From: Nitrospirales bacterium
Lineage (GTDB): Bacteria > Nitrospirota > Nitrospiria > Nitrospirales > UBA8639
DNA: 64,000 nt
Reading direction: 5' to 3'
Assembly: GCA_963555755.3 (NCBI GenBank)
Contig: OY820905.2
Coordinates: forward strand, 2,144,001-2,208,000
Below the pieces are notes generated by a model. It saw only the letters and a list, made by a program, of their open reading frames with translations, was not told where the DNA came from and searched no databases. This document shows positions 24,369 to 35,378 of this stretch, one piece after another. Positions within the stretch are counted from its first letter, which is position 1, and every line of letters starts with the position of its first letter. The translations under genes and the position numbers were made by a program.

Positions 24369-27300
24369 TTGTTGAGTGGTCATAGTAGAAGTCAGCTAAT
24401 GTTATTTTTATTAACTTTGACATCTTTAGGATTTCTTGGATTTTTGTCTTATGATGTTTTTGCTGAACCTACATTCACACTTGAGTGGGATGGAACTTCA
24501 CAACATGATAATACCGTAAATGTTGGTGACACTATTGCTTGGGAATGGATTGGTCTTCAACATAATTTAGTATGGGATGACGAAACAGGAGTTCCTCTAC
24601 CTGATCCATCGTTTGGATTTCCAGATATCGTTGATGAACCAAATACCTACGCATTTACATTTACTGAACCTGGAGAATACTATTATCACTGTACAATTCA
24701 TTCAGAGCAATCTGGTGTTGTAACTGTTCTACCGTCGCCTATCACACTTGAGTGGGATGGAACTTCACAACATGATAATACCGTAAATGTTGGTGACACT
24801 ATTGCTTGGGAATGGATTGGTCTTCAACATAATTTAGTATGGGATGACGAAACAGGAGTTCCTCTACCTGATCCATCGTTTGGATTTCCAGATATCGTTG
24901 ATGAACCAAATACCTACGCATTTACATTTACTGAACCTGGAGAATACAACTATCACTGTACAGTCCATGAAGAACAATTTGGAGTTGTAATTGTTGAATC
25001 ATCTGAAGAACCTGTACTTGCTTGGGCTGGATCTTCACAACATGATAATACCGTAAATGTTGGTGATACACTTACTTGGGAATGGGGTGGAAATAGTCAT
25101 AATTTAGTATGGGATCCAGAATCAGGAGTTCCTCTACCTGATCCATCATTTGGATTTCCAGATATTGTTAATGCTCCAAATACATACGCATTTACATTTA
25201 CTGAACCTGGACAATACTTCTATCACTGTGAAGTTCACTCACAACAATTTGGAGTTGTAACTGTTCTACCGCCAGCAAGTTGGCCAAACTGGGGAGGGGA
25301 CTTGTCTAACACAAAGAATGCCTCAACCGAATCTCAACTGTCTCCTGATAATATTGACGCTCTCATAGAAGATTGGATATACACCACTGATGGCTCTGTA
25401 GTTTCATTTGTTACTGTTCAAGGAAATGATGCATACTTTGTTAGTAGAGTAACTCCTGATGGTCAATCTTTTCCTGCAGCAGATGCAATGCTTAATTCTA
25501 TTAATCGTATAACTGGAGAACTCAATTGGGCATTCCCAATTTCAAGTTATGTTGAATCCTCATCTAATCCATCTCTTGTAAATGATGATGCTAGAGTCTC
25601 ACCTGCAATACAAGATGATATTTTAGTTGTGGGTACACAATATGCAGCAAATGGTGCAACTGTCTTTGCAGTTGACAGAAACACTGGCGATGAACTTTGG
25701 GAAACTGCAGTAGATGATCACATATATTCTATAATCACAAGCTCTCCTACAATTTATCAGGATAGAGTCTATGTTGGTGTTTCTTCTCTTGAAGAATTAT
25801 GGGCAGGAATTACCCAAGATCCGCGATGGGTTTGGTCAACAGAGGTCCTTTGGCAAAACCCACGTGTTCGCGCCATTGCTTAGTCAATGGTCTGGCTGGA
25901 TTTGAGCCACCTCCCAGAGTTGCCTGTCCTGACATGGGATCGACCAGCCTTTTGGGCAGACCACTCCCTTCCTGCTTCCTTCTTCTCTTGTGCTGTCCCC
26001 TGCCCCGGCTTAATAAGGCTGGGCAGCTTCTGCACAGCGCGTCCGAATCTCCTCACACAAGCCCCACAGCTGTTGTTGCACTTTGAGGATCACGGCACCA
26101 GCATGCCGGACCACTTTGCCCGCCACCTGATACAGCCGCCAACGCACCGTGCGCACTTGGCACTGGCTCCAGGCATAGGGCAACGCCAACAACTTGAACA
26201 ACACAAACAGGTTGTAGGCTAACACGCCAATGCGAAAGAAGACGGCATTGGCCGCGAAGGTCCCACACGGAAGCCGTTCCATGCCAAAGCCACTCTTCAG
26301 TTCTTTGATGCGATTCTCGCTGGTCTCGCCCCGCTGGTTGTACCATCGTACAATCTCCTCAGGGGTTCCATCTCGGTTCGTCGCAATCAGCGTGTAGCGC
26401 AGGCTGGGGGCCTCGGGGGCAAACAGATCCTGTTGCACGGGCCGTCGCAATACGATGAGGCGAAAGGCTTGCTTGGTCTTCGCCATACAATGTACCGTTT
26501 CAGCGAGATGGCCATCTCGGTAGGGTTGCCACTGGCTCTCAGGGATGGCGGCAATGACGGCCTGCACGGCCGTATCCTGCACGCCCCCAATCGCAAACGT
26601 CACGTTGTGCTCCTCGCACCAATTGAACAACTCCGCTTGGTACGCCGCACTATCCGCCCGCACATGAGCAATCCGTTTGCCTTTGGGCATCTGCGCCGCA
26701 CACGCCTGGGTGAATTCAAGATTGCGGGACGCCGGAGCCTCATTCCCTTCACGAAACTCCTCCCCAAGCACCAGCCCATTTTCCGCCAGGTGCCCCAGCA
26801 TCGGCAGATAGCCTCGCTCCCCCTTGTACGTCCATTTGGCTGCCTGCTTCTCCGCGACAATCTGCGTGGCATCAAGATCGAGGGTATAGTCCGTGCGCGG
26901 TTCCCGCTTCAACGCCCGCCGGATCTGCTGCTGATTGACGACGGCTAAACTTGCTAAACCATCCTTCTCCCCCATGCGTCGCAGCCAATCGCCCGTGGCA
27001 TCGGCACTGGGAACCACGGGGAGTCGCAGCACGGCCCGCAAGCCCGCATCCTCGCGAATCTGGCGCAGATCCTCCAGCGTCCGGCCCCCGCCATGCAACA
27101 TCAGCAGCAGGGGCTCGACAAATTGGGCGGGGTGATAGCCGATGCGGCTCCCGGGCGCGGGCAAGGCCGCATTGAGTTGCCGGGGCACATTCATGGCTTG
27201 GAGAAACTCCCCGAACAGCGCCAGCCCGCCATGAGCGGTGAGCTGTTCGTCGGTGGGCTCAAGCTTGAACGGAAGAACGGTTTGTGGCATCATTCGTTTC

Positions 27301-29116
27301 ACCTCGTTGGTGAGGAGTGGCTAAGGGGGTAGGCACCCGTATCTTAGCAAATCAACGAGGTTTTTTTATGCCCAAAATAAATCCATCGCGGATCTTGGGA
27401 ATTATTCCTGACTATGATTGTTGTACCTTTATTGGTAGTTTAGTGTCCCTTGATTTGAATACTGGTGATATATTGTGGAAATCTTATACTGCACCACTTT
27501 TACCTGAAGGTACACTTCCTAGTGATTGGTATTCAGGTAATGCTGTTTGGGGAAGCTCACCATCAATTGATCCATCACGAAATTCTGTATACATAGCAAC
27601 AGGTAACAACTATCAAACCCCAAATGACTTGGAAGAATGTATTGCAAATGCAGAAACATTACCTACTCCTGAAGAAGTTGAAGCTGCAAAACTGATTTGT
27701 CAAGAAGACATTGATGTTCCAGGAAATCTATTTGATGCTATAGTCTCTTATGATCTTGATACAGGAGATGTAAACTGGGCTAACAAACTATGGAGTTCAG
27801 ACTCTTGGAATGTTGCTTGCTTCTTGGGAGGTGAAAACTGTCCAGATCCATTTGCACCTGACTATGACTTTGGCCAAGCTCCTATGCTCTTTACAGTGTT
27901 TGTAGATGATGACCCAGTAGATCTAGTAGGTTCCGGTCAAAAGAGTGGAATCTTCTGGGCGCTTGATCGTGATATTGGAGAAATTGTTTGGACTGTTAAT
28001 CCTGGACCTGGAAGTACACTTGGAGGTATGCAATGGGGATCAGCAGTTGATGATCAAAGAGTTTATGGTCAAATAACAGGTACTGATGAAGCAGGACCAT
28101 ATACCATTTTTGATTTTGAAGGTACTCCAACTGTAATTACTGGTGGTTCATGGTGGGCAGTAGATGCTGCAACTGGAGAATTACTTTGGCAAACTGCAGC
28201 ACCTGATGGCAGTTTAACATGGGGACAAGTCAGCGTAGCTAATGGATTATTATTTGCTGGAACTTTGGGTAATGCTCAAGATGGTATGATGGTTATTATG
28301 GATGCTGCAACAGGTGATATCCTTTGGACAAAAGACATTGGCGGTTCTGTTTCTGCAGCTCCTACAATTGTTAATGGCCAACTAATCTGGCCAACTGGAT
28401 ATGGAGGCTTTGGCGGTTCTTACAATAATGAAATATTTGCATTTAGTTTAGAATCAATTGGAATTGATTTTGATAATGATGGATTTACTGAAGAAGAAGA
28501 TTGTGATGATAATAATCCTGAGATAAATCCAGATGCATTTGATATTCCAAATAACGGCATTGATGAAAATTGTGATGGAGTAGATGCACAAGGTGGTGGT
28601 GTGGACCTTAGTGGAGTATTAGATGCAATTGAAGATGCAAAGACTATGATACTTGATGCACTAGGATTACTTGATATAAAATTAGATCAAGTTTCTGAAA
28701 AGATTGACAACATTGATACAGGTTCTGATAGTGTAGAACGAGTTTCAGTAACTGTGAAGATGCCAGGTGTTGTAATGAAACCAGGTGAAGTGTTTGTACT
28801 ATTAGATACAACTGGTTCTGGAACTTTAGAAACAGTTCATGTTGCAGTTAATTTACCATGTTCAAAAAATAACGAGCCAAGATTCTCAGTACTGGCAGGA
28901 GTTGCAGGTGGTTCACTAGAACCAGTAATTAGCAGTTCTGATGACTTTACTGGATTTAAGGGACCAAAGAAGACCTGCACATTCCATGATACAATACTTG
29001 CAAGTGAAGTTCCAGGTGGAGAAATTACTGATGTTATTTTAATCAATGATGGAAACAAAAAATCTACTTTACCAAGATATTCAGTAGTAACCATAACTGG
29101 TACATATTCTCCTTGA
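24369..29116 (+). pseudogene. 3x cupredoxin + PQQ-type beta-propeller dehydrogenase + Asp/Cys metal-binding repeat + C-terminal domain (~1051 aa), interrupted by IS1380
   Basis: Three H..CxxH..Q blue-copper repeats, WPNWGGD, YDCCTFIGS, DYDFGQAP, GGMQWG, DxDNDGF..DCDD..NGIDENCDG. Halves rejoin in frame (LWAGI|IPDYDCC). Strongly AT-rich. Confidence 0.85.
25813..27399 (-). mobile_element. Complete IS1380-family element (transposase 26010-27302)
   Basis: Perfect TIR CCCAAGATCCGCGATGG, 5-bp TSD AATTA, LDLDAT, VRADSA, YNQRGETSENRIKELK. Confidence 0.95.
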
Positions 29117-29365
29117 TTTTATTTTTATTAATTTTACGCCTAGATAAAATTAGAGTGTCAATGTGATCTGACAAATCGCCCTCCCAGTGTCATGATTTAA
29201 GGCAAAAATTGTAAGGGTCTTGAACTAACTTGACAAGTCACCTCGAGGGCCTACATTTTTTGGTTAAAGACTCTCACATTACATTTCATTCTAAAATTAG
29301 TGTAAACTTCAGTAAAGCACCCTAGATAAATACGAGATAATTTTATTAAAAAAGGGGTCAAAAAA

Positions 29366-30398
29366 GGGGTCAAGTCACTTGCTTCATGATAAAAAAGTAG
29401 TTAGACTCTGGTCATGCCTCGACCTCCTCGGATGGAATACGAGCATGCGGTGTATCATGTCATGAATCGTGGCCGGGCTCGGCACCCGGTGTTTCATGAT
29501 GCCCGGTACTATCGAGCCTTTCTCGACACGTTGGCCGAGCTGCATACCCGCTTCCAGGGTGTGATTCATGCCTATTGCTTGATGGGCAATCACTATCATG
29601 TCTTGCTGGAAACTCCCAGGGCCAATCTCAGTCGCATGATGCGCCATCTTAACGGGGTGTATACGCAACGGCATAATCGTCTCAAACGTACTGATGGCTC
29701 TTTGTTTCGAGGCCGCTATAAAGCCATTTTGGTGGAGCACGATGCCTATTTGCTCCACGTGTCCCGGTATATCCATCGAAACCCTCTTGACGGCATACGG
29801 CCGCTGGTCACGAATTTGTCTGATTATCCCTGGTCGAGCTATCCGACATATATCGGTCAAGCGAAGCCGGCACCGTGGTTGTGCCGGGAACCGACGTATC
29901 GCCTGCTTGGGCATGTGCACCGGTATCGTGGGTATGCTCGCTACGTGCTAGAGGGCAACGATAAAGAAATCGAGTATTTTTACCAACGGGGCAATAGGGC
30001 GGCCATTATGGGAGGGCAGGAGTTCAAATCTTGGGTCTATGACGAATTACTGCCGGATCTTGAAGCGGAGGAGAAAGGGCAGGTGATCCAGCCGAGTCTT
30101 GCAATCGACACTATTATCACTGGGGTGGCCAAGGCCTATCGCACGACACCAGACCGGCTGACCATGGTAGTGAAAGGGCCGCAAAAAGGGAATGAGGCTC
30201 GGAAACTGGCGATGTATCTGTGTCAGGAATTAGCGGATGTGAAACTTCAGGACATTGCGCCCTGCTTCCATCTGCGTCATAGCGGTTCGGTGAGTTTTAT
30301 CACCCACCAGGTCAGAAAGAAGAAACGAGACGAGAAGGGATTTGCCGCTAGAATGAACGAGGTGATTGAAAGTATTCTGAAGCAATCGACTTGACCCC
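29366..30398 (+). mobile_element. HUH Y1 (RAYT-like) transposase element copy 2 (ORF 29414-30394)
   Basis: 1033 bp, near-identical to copy 1. Confidence 0.9.
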
Positions 30399-30667
30399 TA
30401 TTGCTGAAGCAATCGACTTGACCCCTATTTCCTATTTTTGACCCCTATTTCTATTTCCTATTTTGACCCCTATTTCTAGAATGAACGAGGTGATTGAAAG
30501 TATTCTGAAGCAATCGACTTGACCCCTATTTCCTATTTTGACCCCTATTTGAAGCAATCGACTTGACCCCTATTTCTATTTCCTATTTTGACCCCTATTT
30601 CTAGAATGAACGAGGTGATTGAAAGTATTCTGGAGCAATCGACTTGACCCCTATTTGACCCCTATTT
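30391..30667 (+). repeat. Ladder of 10 TGACCCCTATT-ending units of variable length
   Basis: Each unit is a copy of the preceding element-end sequence. Confidence 0.92.
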
Positions 30668-30689
30668 TGCCCCCCATACATTGCCTTTG

Positions 30690-30965
30690 CATAGCGCCAA
30701 GATAATTCACCACCGCCAGTTTCTTCACCGTCAACGTACACTCGCCTAAGTCTTCTTCGACTAAGCCTTCCACGAGATACGGCTTTCCGCCGGTTAGCAC
30801 ATGGCCGTATTTTCGAAAGGTCGCGGGAAAGAACGTGGCATCGTAGAGGCCAGTGAGGTCTTCGAAGGTGGTAAATTCCATGGGCTGGCCGTTGTTCATT
30901 TCAGCAAACTTTTCCGTTATCAACCAGACGACCATTCTGACTTGCTTGCCGGCGTAGCGGTGTAT
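30690..30965 (-). pseudogene. Diverged duplicate of the dnaE2 C-terminal OB-fold
   Basis: AGKQVRMVVWLITEKFAEMNNGQPMEFTTFEDLTGLYDATFFP matches the dnaE2 region at ~31960-32230. Confidence 0.85.
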
Positions 30966-31078
30966 CTCCGAGGGTGGACTTGACCGGTGCCTTCCAATGA
31001 ATGCCCCCCCTTTCCATGCAGCCAACGCCAATGGATAATTCTTTTTACGGCAAAAACAAAAACTGGATGGGGGGGGGG

Positions 31079-31513
31079 TTACCGGCGTATGGGAAGACGC
31101 CAATCAGCAAGAAGACGCACATGGCCAAGACGTCCAGCGCGTTTGAAATAATCTCGATCGGCAGTGACATATACTCCATCAGACTGGAGTGCCACCACAT
31201 GGTAACAACTATCATAAAACGTCACCCCTTTGATCTCTCGCATAAGCTGAAGCACCGCTTGACAGTCGTCAACTGTCAGATGAACTTCTGGAAGCTCATA
31301 GTCCAGAAGCGCACTCATCAGTTCAGCAGCAAGTTCAGGTTGTTTCAAACCTAGAACATTCCCAACTTCATAACGCCACAACGTCGGCACCTGAAGGTCA
31401 ATCGCCTCGGAAAGGAACGCCCGTTGAAGCTCAAGAGCCTTCGGAAGATCCTTCCCCTCATCTCGTTCTAGAACCCATTTCAGGATTACAGAGGCATCCG
31501 GCACTACAATCAT
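31079..31513 (-). CDS. vapC: PIN-domain (VapC-like) toxin
   Basis: VPDASVILKW, YEVGN, TFYDSCYHVVA, VTADRDY. Confidence 0.88.
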   Translation of the reverse strand: MIVVPDASVILKWVLERDEGKDLPKALELQRAFLSEAIDLQVPTLWRYEVGNVLGLKQPELAAELMSALLDYELPEVHLTVDDCQAVLQLMREIKGVTFYDSCYHVVALQSDGVYVTADRDYFKRAGRLGHVRLLADWRLPIRR

Positions 31514-31520
31514 AAGGAAG

Positions 31521-31745
31521 TCACCTTCGTCGATCTCGGCGGACCAAGGCCACAATCTCTTCACTCTTCAACTTGGCGCTTCTAGTGCGCAACTGTTGGA
31601 TTTGTTTCCTCGCGGTTTCACGTTTCCGCCGAAGCAACTCCTTACGTAAGGCCTCATTGATCACCTGACTGCGCTTTCGCGCTGGCACAAGCTTCAGCAG
31701 GTCTTCCCGCACGTCTTCATCAATGGACACATTCATCTTAGGCAT
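31521..31745 (-). CDS. RHH-type antitoxin
   Basis: Small basic protein directly upstream of the PIN gene. Confidence 0.75.
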   Translation of the reverse strand: MPKMNVSIDEDVREDLLKLVPARKRSQVINEALRKELLRRKRETARKQIQQLRTRSAKLKSEEIVALVRRDRRR

Positions 31746-31888
31746 AATCAAGGCTCCTTTCTTTAGATCCTATAATTATAGCATTAAATATGCACCTAAA
31801 AAAGACGCCTAAAAAATTAGAGAAAGGGCGTCAGGGCCCATTTTTCCTTACCCAATAGTTCATGGATTCTAGTCAGTATGGCTAGTTA

Positions 31889-34800
31889 TCAATTCTCAAG
31901 AGAGAAGAAAAGGTTCCTGACACCTTTTGCCCAAGATGGGTGCGCGGTGATGCACGTTTGTTGATTTGGACCGATAAGGGCCAACTGGTGGACGGTCAGC
32001 GTCACTTCACCGAACTCTTCTTCAAGAATGCCTTCCAAGAGGTAGGGCCGGTTGCCGGTGAGCAAATGGCCATACTTTTGAAAAACCTTCGGGAAGAACG
32101 TGGCATCGTAGAGGCCGGTGAGATCTTCGAAGGTGGTGAATTCCATGGGCTGGCCGTTGTTCGTTTCAGCAAACTTTTCCGTTATCAACCAGCCGACCAT
32201 TCTGACTTGCTTGCCGGCGTGCAAGTGCATCTCTGATGCTGAGACGAATTCATGGTCTTTAAGAACATCCTGGTATAACTCCAGGGGGTGTTTGCTGAGC
32301 GGGAAGCCGAAGAGTTCGATTTCGTCTTTGATCTTTTGGTTGCTGCTATATTCTGGTGGGATGGGTAGAGCGCGTGAGACGTGATGCGTAATGCGTGATG
32401 CGTTAGAAGATAAAAGTGAAGAGTGAGAAAAAAGAAAGAGATTGCCTTCCTTTGAATGATAGGATTTTTCTCTGGCATACAGCCGCCACAACAATCCGGG
32501 TCGTGTAACTTCTCCGGCGATGGTGTCGAAGCAGCCGGCTTTGATGAGTAGGCGTGTTTGGGCAAGTTCGGCTTTGACTCTGTCGAGAAATTCCTGCAAC
32601 GACACATAGGGGCTGTTGGTGTTTCGCTCTTCGATAATCGCTTCGATGAATTCTTTTTTCAGTCCTTTGATTTGCATGAACCCGACTCTGATCGCATGAC
32701 CATTGCCGGCATAGGCCCACTCGCTGGCGTTGATGTCCGGTAGCAGCACCGTGAGGCCCATGCGTTTTGATTCGGACAGATAGGCACTGGTCGAGTAAAA
32801 CCCGCCTTGGTTGCTGATGACCGACGCCATAAACTCAGCGGGATAATGCGCACGCAAGTAGGCCGACTTGAACGACACTTGGGCATAGGACGCCGAATGG
32901 GGTTTGCAAAAGCTGTAGCCGACAAAGCTCATGATCATGCCCCATATGGCATCGATTATCGACCTCGATACGTTCTTGGCGGTGGTGCCCCGATAGAATT
33001 GGGCTTTGTAATCCTGGAGCTGTTTCTGCTTGTGTTTTTTGCTCAGGACTTTTCGCAACTGATCCGCGTCTTCGATGGAAAAGTCGGCCAGGGCCATGGC
33101 CACTTTGGTGACGTCCTCCTGGTACACCATGATGCCATGCGTTTCATCTAACACCTCCTCGAGCAACGGATGCGGGCTGGTGTAGGGTTTGCCATGGGCG
33201 CGCTGCACAAATTCTCGCACGTACCGGTTGGCTGCCGGCCTGATGAGCGATGACACAATCACGAGGTATTCGAAAACGTCGGCGCAGGCTTTGCGTTCCG
33301 GCGGCATGCCTTTCCAGAGTCGTCTGAGTAAAAGTCGCGTGGCGGGGGATTCGACGTAGAAGCAGCCCATGGTGTCGCCGCGACAGATGAGCTCTTTGGT
33401 TGGGTCGTCGTTGATCGCATCCCAGGTGGCATAGTCGATGACATGGCCGGTGTTCTGGGCGATGGCGCGCAACGCATCTCGGATGACAGCCAGGGAGCGG
33501 TTGCCCAGGATGTCGAGCTTGACGAACCCCGCATCTTCGGTTTGGTCTTTTTCCCACTGGATGACGGGTATGCCTTTAGCCGAGATTTGGACGGGCACGT
33601 ACTTTCTGATTTCGTCGGGCACAATGACGATGCCTCCGCAATGCAACCCCAGGTTTCTGACACGCCCTTCGAGCTGCACGGCCACAGTGAAAATTTCTGG
33701 CCACGGCTTGGCCAGATGCAACGCATGGCACCAGGCGTTGATGGACCCGCTGTCGCTCAGGTGATTGAACACAGGTTGTCTCTCAAGATTGGGCATGAGC
33801 GCATTCATTTCTCCCGTGGGGATACCATACACTTTGGCCACTTCGCGTATCGCGGCCCTGAGGCCCAGCGTGTTTTGATTGGCAACCATCGCGACGCGTG
33901 TGGCACCGTACTTGGCGAACACATAATCCAGAATGCCATCGCGCTCATCCCACGCAAAGTCCACGTCGATGTCTGGCGGATCGTGCCGGCCTACATTTAA
34001 AAACCGTTCAAAAAACAAATTGTGGCGAATGGGATCCACATGCGTGATGCCGAGGCAGTACGACACGATCGACGCGGCAGCTGATCCCCTGCCGCATGTA
34101 CGCGGGGCTTGTTGTACAATTTCATCTACCACTAAGAAGCAATGCGCAAAGCTTTTGGCTTGAATGACCTGTAATTCGGCTTCGATGCGGTCTTTGACTG
34201 GTTTGGTGATTGTGCCGTAGCGCCAGGTTGCGCCATCGTACGTTTTGTCCCTGAGTAGCGTAAATGCCTGCGTATCTGAAAGTTGGCGAAAGGCTGGGAA
34301 GATGGTGTCCTTGAAATCCCAGTCGGTCTGGCACATCTCGGCAATGCGTTGCGTATTGTCGAGCGCTTCCGGGACATGGGGAAACTGCTCTGCCATGAAT
34401 GACGCCGGCGCGAACCAATTCGTTTCCGCACAGCAGTGTTCCACGGTCAACTTGGACAGCGTGGTATTCAACGCGATGGCTCTGAGCACCTTGTGCAGCG
34501 CATGTTGTGTGGGGCTGACAAACCGCACACGATTGGTCGCGACCACAGGCAACTTGAAGTCTCGACTGAATTGCAGAGACTGGTGCATCATGGCGCTGGG
34601 CGTCAGTTCTACATAGAGGTCGTGCAGCTTGCGTTTCTTCCACGACTTGAGCGCGAGTGCATCATCGGAAATGACAATCAGCCCGAAGCTATACTCAGCG
34701 ACGGCGTTGATGACATCACACGACTCTCCACTGTGCAGCAGTGACAGGAGTCGGCACAGGTTGGCATAGCCATCGGGATTTTTGATCAACAGGACGGCCC

Positions 34801-35017
34801 GTCTCACCCCCTGTCTGAGTTCTGCGCCTAGAATCGGCTTGATGTCATACTGTTTGGCTACTTCGATAAAGCGTATTGCGCCGTAGAGGCCATTGGTATC
34901 GGTCAGCGCCAATGTGTCCATCCCCTGCTGCTTGGCCGCGTGGCACAGTTGTTCAAGGGACGAGACGCCTTCCATCATGGAATACTCTGAATGTACGTGC
35001 AGATGAGTGAATGACAT
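31889..35017 (-). CDS. dnaE2: Error-prone DNA polymerase III alpha subunit
   Basis: PHP HLHVHSEYS, GRGSAAAS, PPDIDVDF, YSFCKPHS. Follows an imuB-like gene. Confidence 0.92.
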   Translation of the reverse strand: MSFTHLHVHSEYSMMEGVSSLEQLCHAAKQQGMDTLALTDTNGLYGAIRFIEVAKQYDIKPILGAELRQGVRRAVLLIKNPDGYANLCRLLSLLHSGESCDVINAVAEYSFGLIVISDDALALKSWKKRKLHDLYVELTPSAMMHQSLQFSRDFKLPVVATNRVRFVSPTQHALHKVLRAIALNTTLSKLTVEHCCAETNWFAPASFMAEQFPHVPEALDNTQRIAEMCQTDWDFKDTIFPAFRQLSDTQAFTLLRDKTYDGATWRYGTITKPVKDRIEAELQVIQAKSFAHCFLVVDEIVQQAPRTCGRGSAAASIVSYCLGITHVDPIRHNLFFERFLNVGRHDPPDIDVDFAWDERDGILDYVFAKYGATRVAMVANQNTLGLRAAIREVAKVYGIPTGEMNALMPNLERQPVFNHLSDSGSINAWCHALHLAKPWPEIFTVAVQLEGRVRNLGLHCGGIVIVPDEIRKYVPVQISAKGIPVIQWEKDQTEDAGFVKLDILGNRSLAVIRDALRAIAQNTGHVIDYATWDAINDDPTKELICRGDTMGCFYVESPATRLLLRRLWKGMPPERKACADVFEYLVIVSSLIRPAANRYVREFVQRAHGKPYTSPHPLLEEVLDETHGIMVYQEDVTKVAMALADFSIEDADQLRKVLSKKHKQKQLQDYKAQFYRGTTAKNVSRSIIDAIWGMIMSFVGYSFCKPHSASYAQVSFKSAYLRAHYPAEFMASVISNQGGFYSTSAYLSESKRMGLTVLLPDINASEWAYAGNGHAIRVGFMQIKGLKKEFIEAIIEERNTNSPYVSLQEFLDRVKAELAQTRLLIKAGCFDTIAGEVTRPGLLWRLYAREKSYHSKEGNLFLFSHSSLLSSNASRITHHVSRALPIPPEYSSNQKIKDEIELFGFPLSKHPLELYQDVLKDHEFVSASEMHLHAGKQVRMVGWLITEKFAETNNGQPMEFTTFEDLTGLYDATFFPKVFQKYGHLLTGNRPYLLEGILEEEFGEVTLTVHQLALIGPNQQTCITAHPSWAKGVRNLFFSLEN

Positions 35018-35025
35018 GCTCGCTT

Positions 35026-35378
35026 AACCTAGGTTTAACAGTTGAACTCGTTGATGGCACAGTATCGCTCCCCCTCACCCTAGCCCTCTCCCCCTCCGAG
35101 GGGGCGAGGGAATAAGATGTGGCTTCCCTATTGTCCTTTCACAACTCCACCGCCATGTTGATTAAGATAAAGATTTCTAACTTGGAGTATTCAGAATGTC
35201 AGTGAAGGTGTGTGTGCCCACCCAACCTAGATTTAGCAATTGCCCGCGTCGATGGCACAGTATCGCTCCCCCTCACCCTAACCCTCTCCCCCTCCGAGGG
35301 GGCGAGGGGATAAGATGTACCTTCCCTCTTGTCCTTCAACAACGCCAGCGTCGCGTTGATATGACGAAGATTTCTAAC
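35026..35378. repeat. Two ~155-bp direct repeats, each with a CCCCTCACCCTA..CCCTCTCCCC..GGGGCGAGGG hairpin
   Basis: 35026-35181 vs 35224-35379. Confidence 0.8.

Noticed and set aside
30690..32232. DGR template/variable repeat pair in dnaE2
   Set aside because: Differences are not adenine-specific and no DGR-type RT or avd is present
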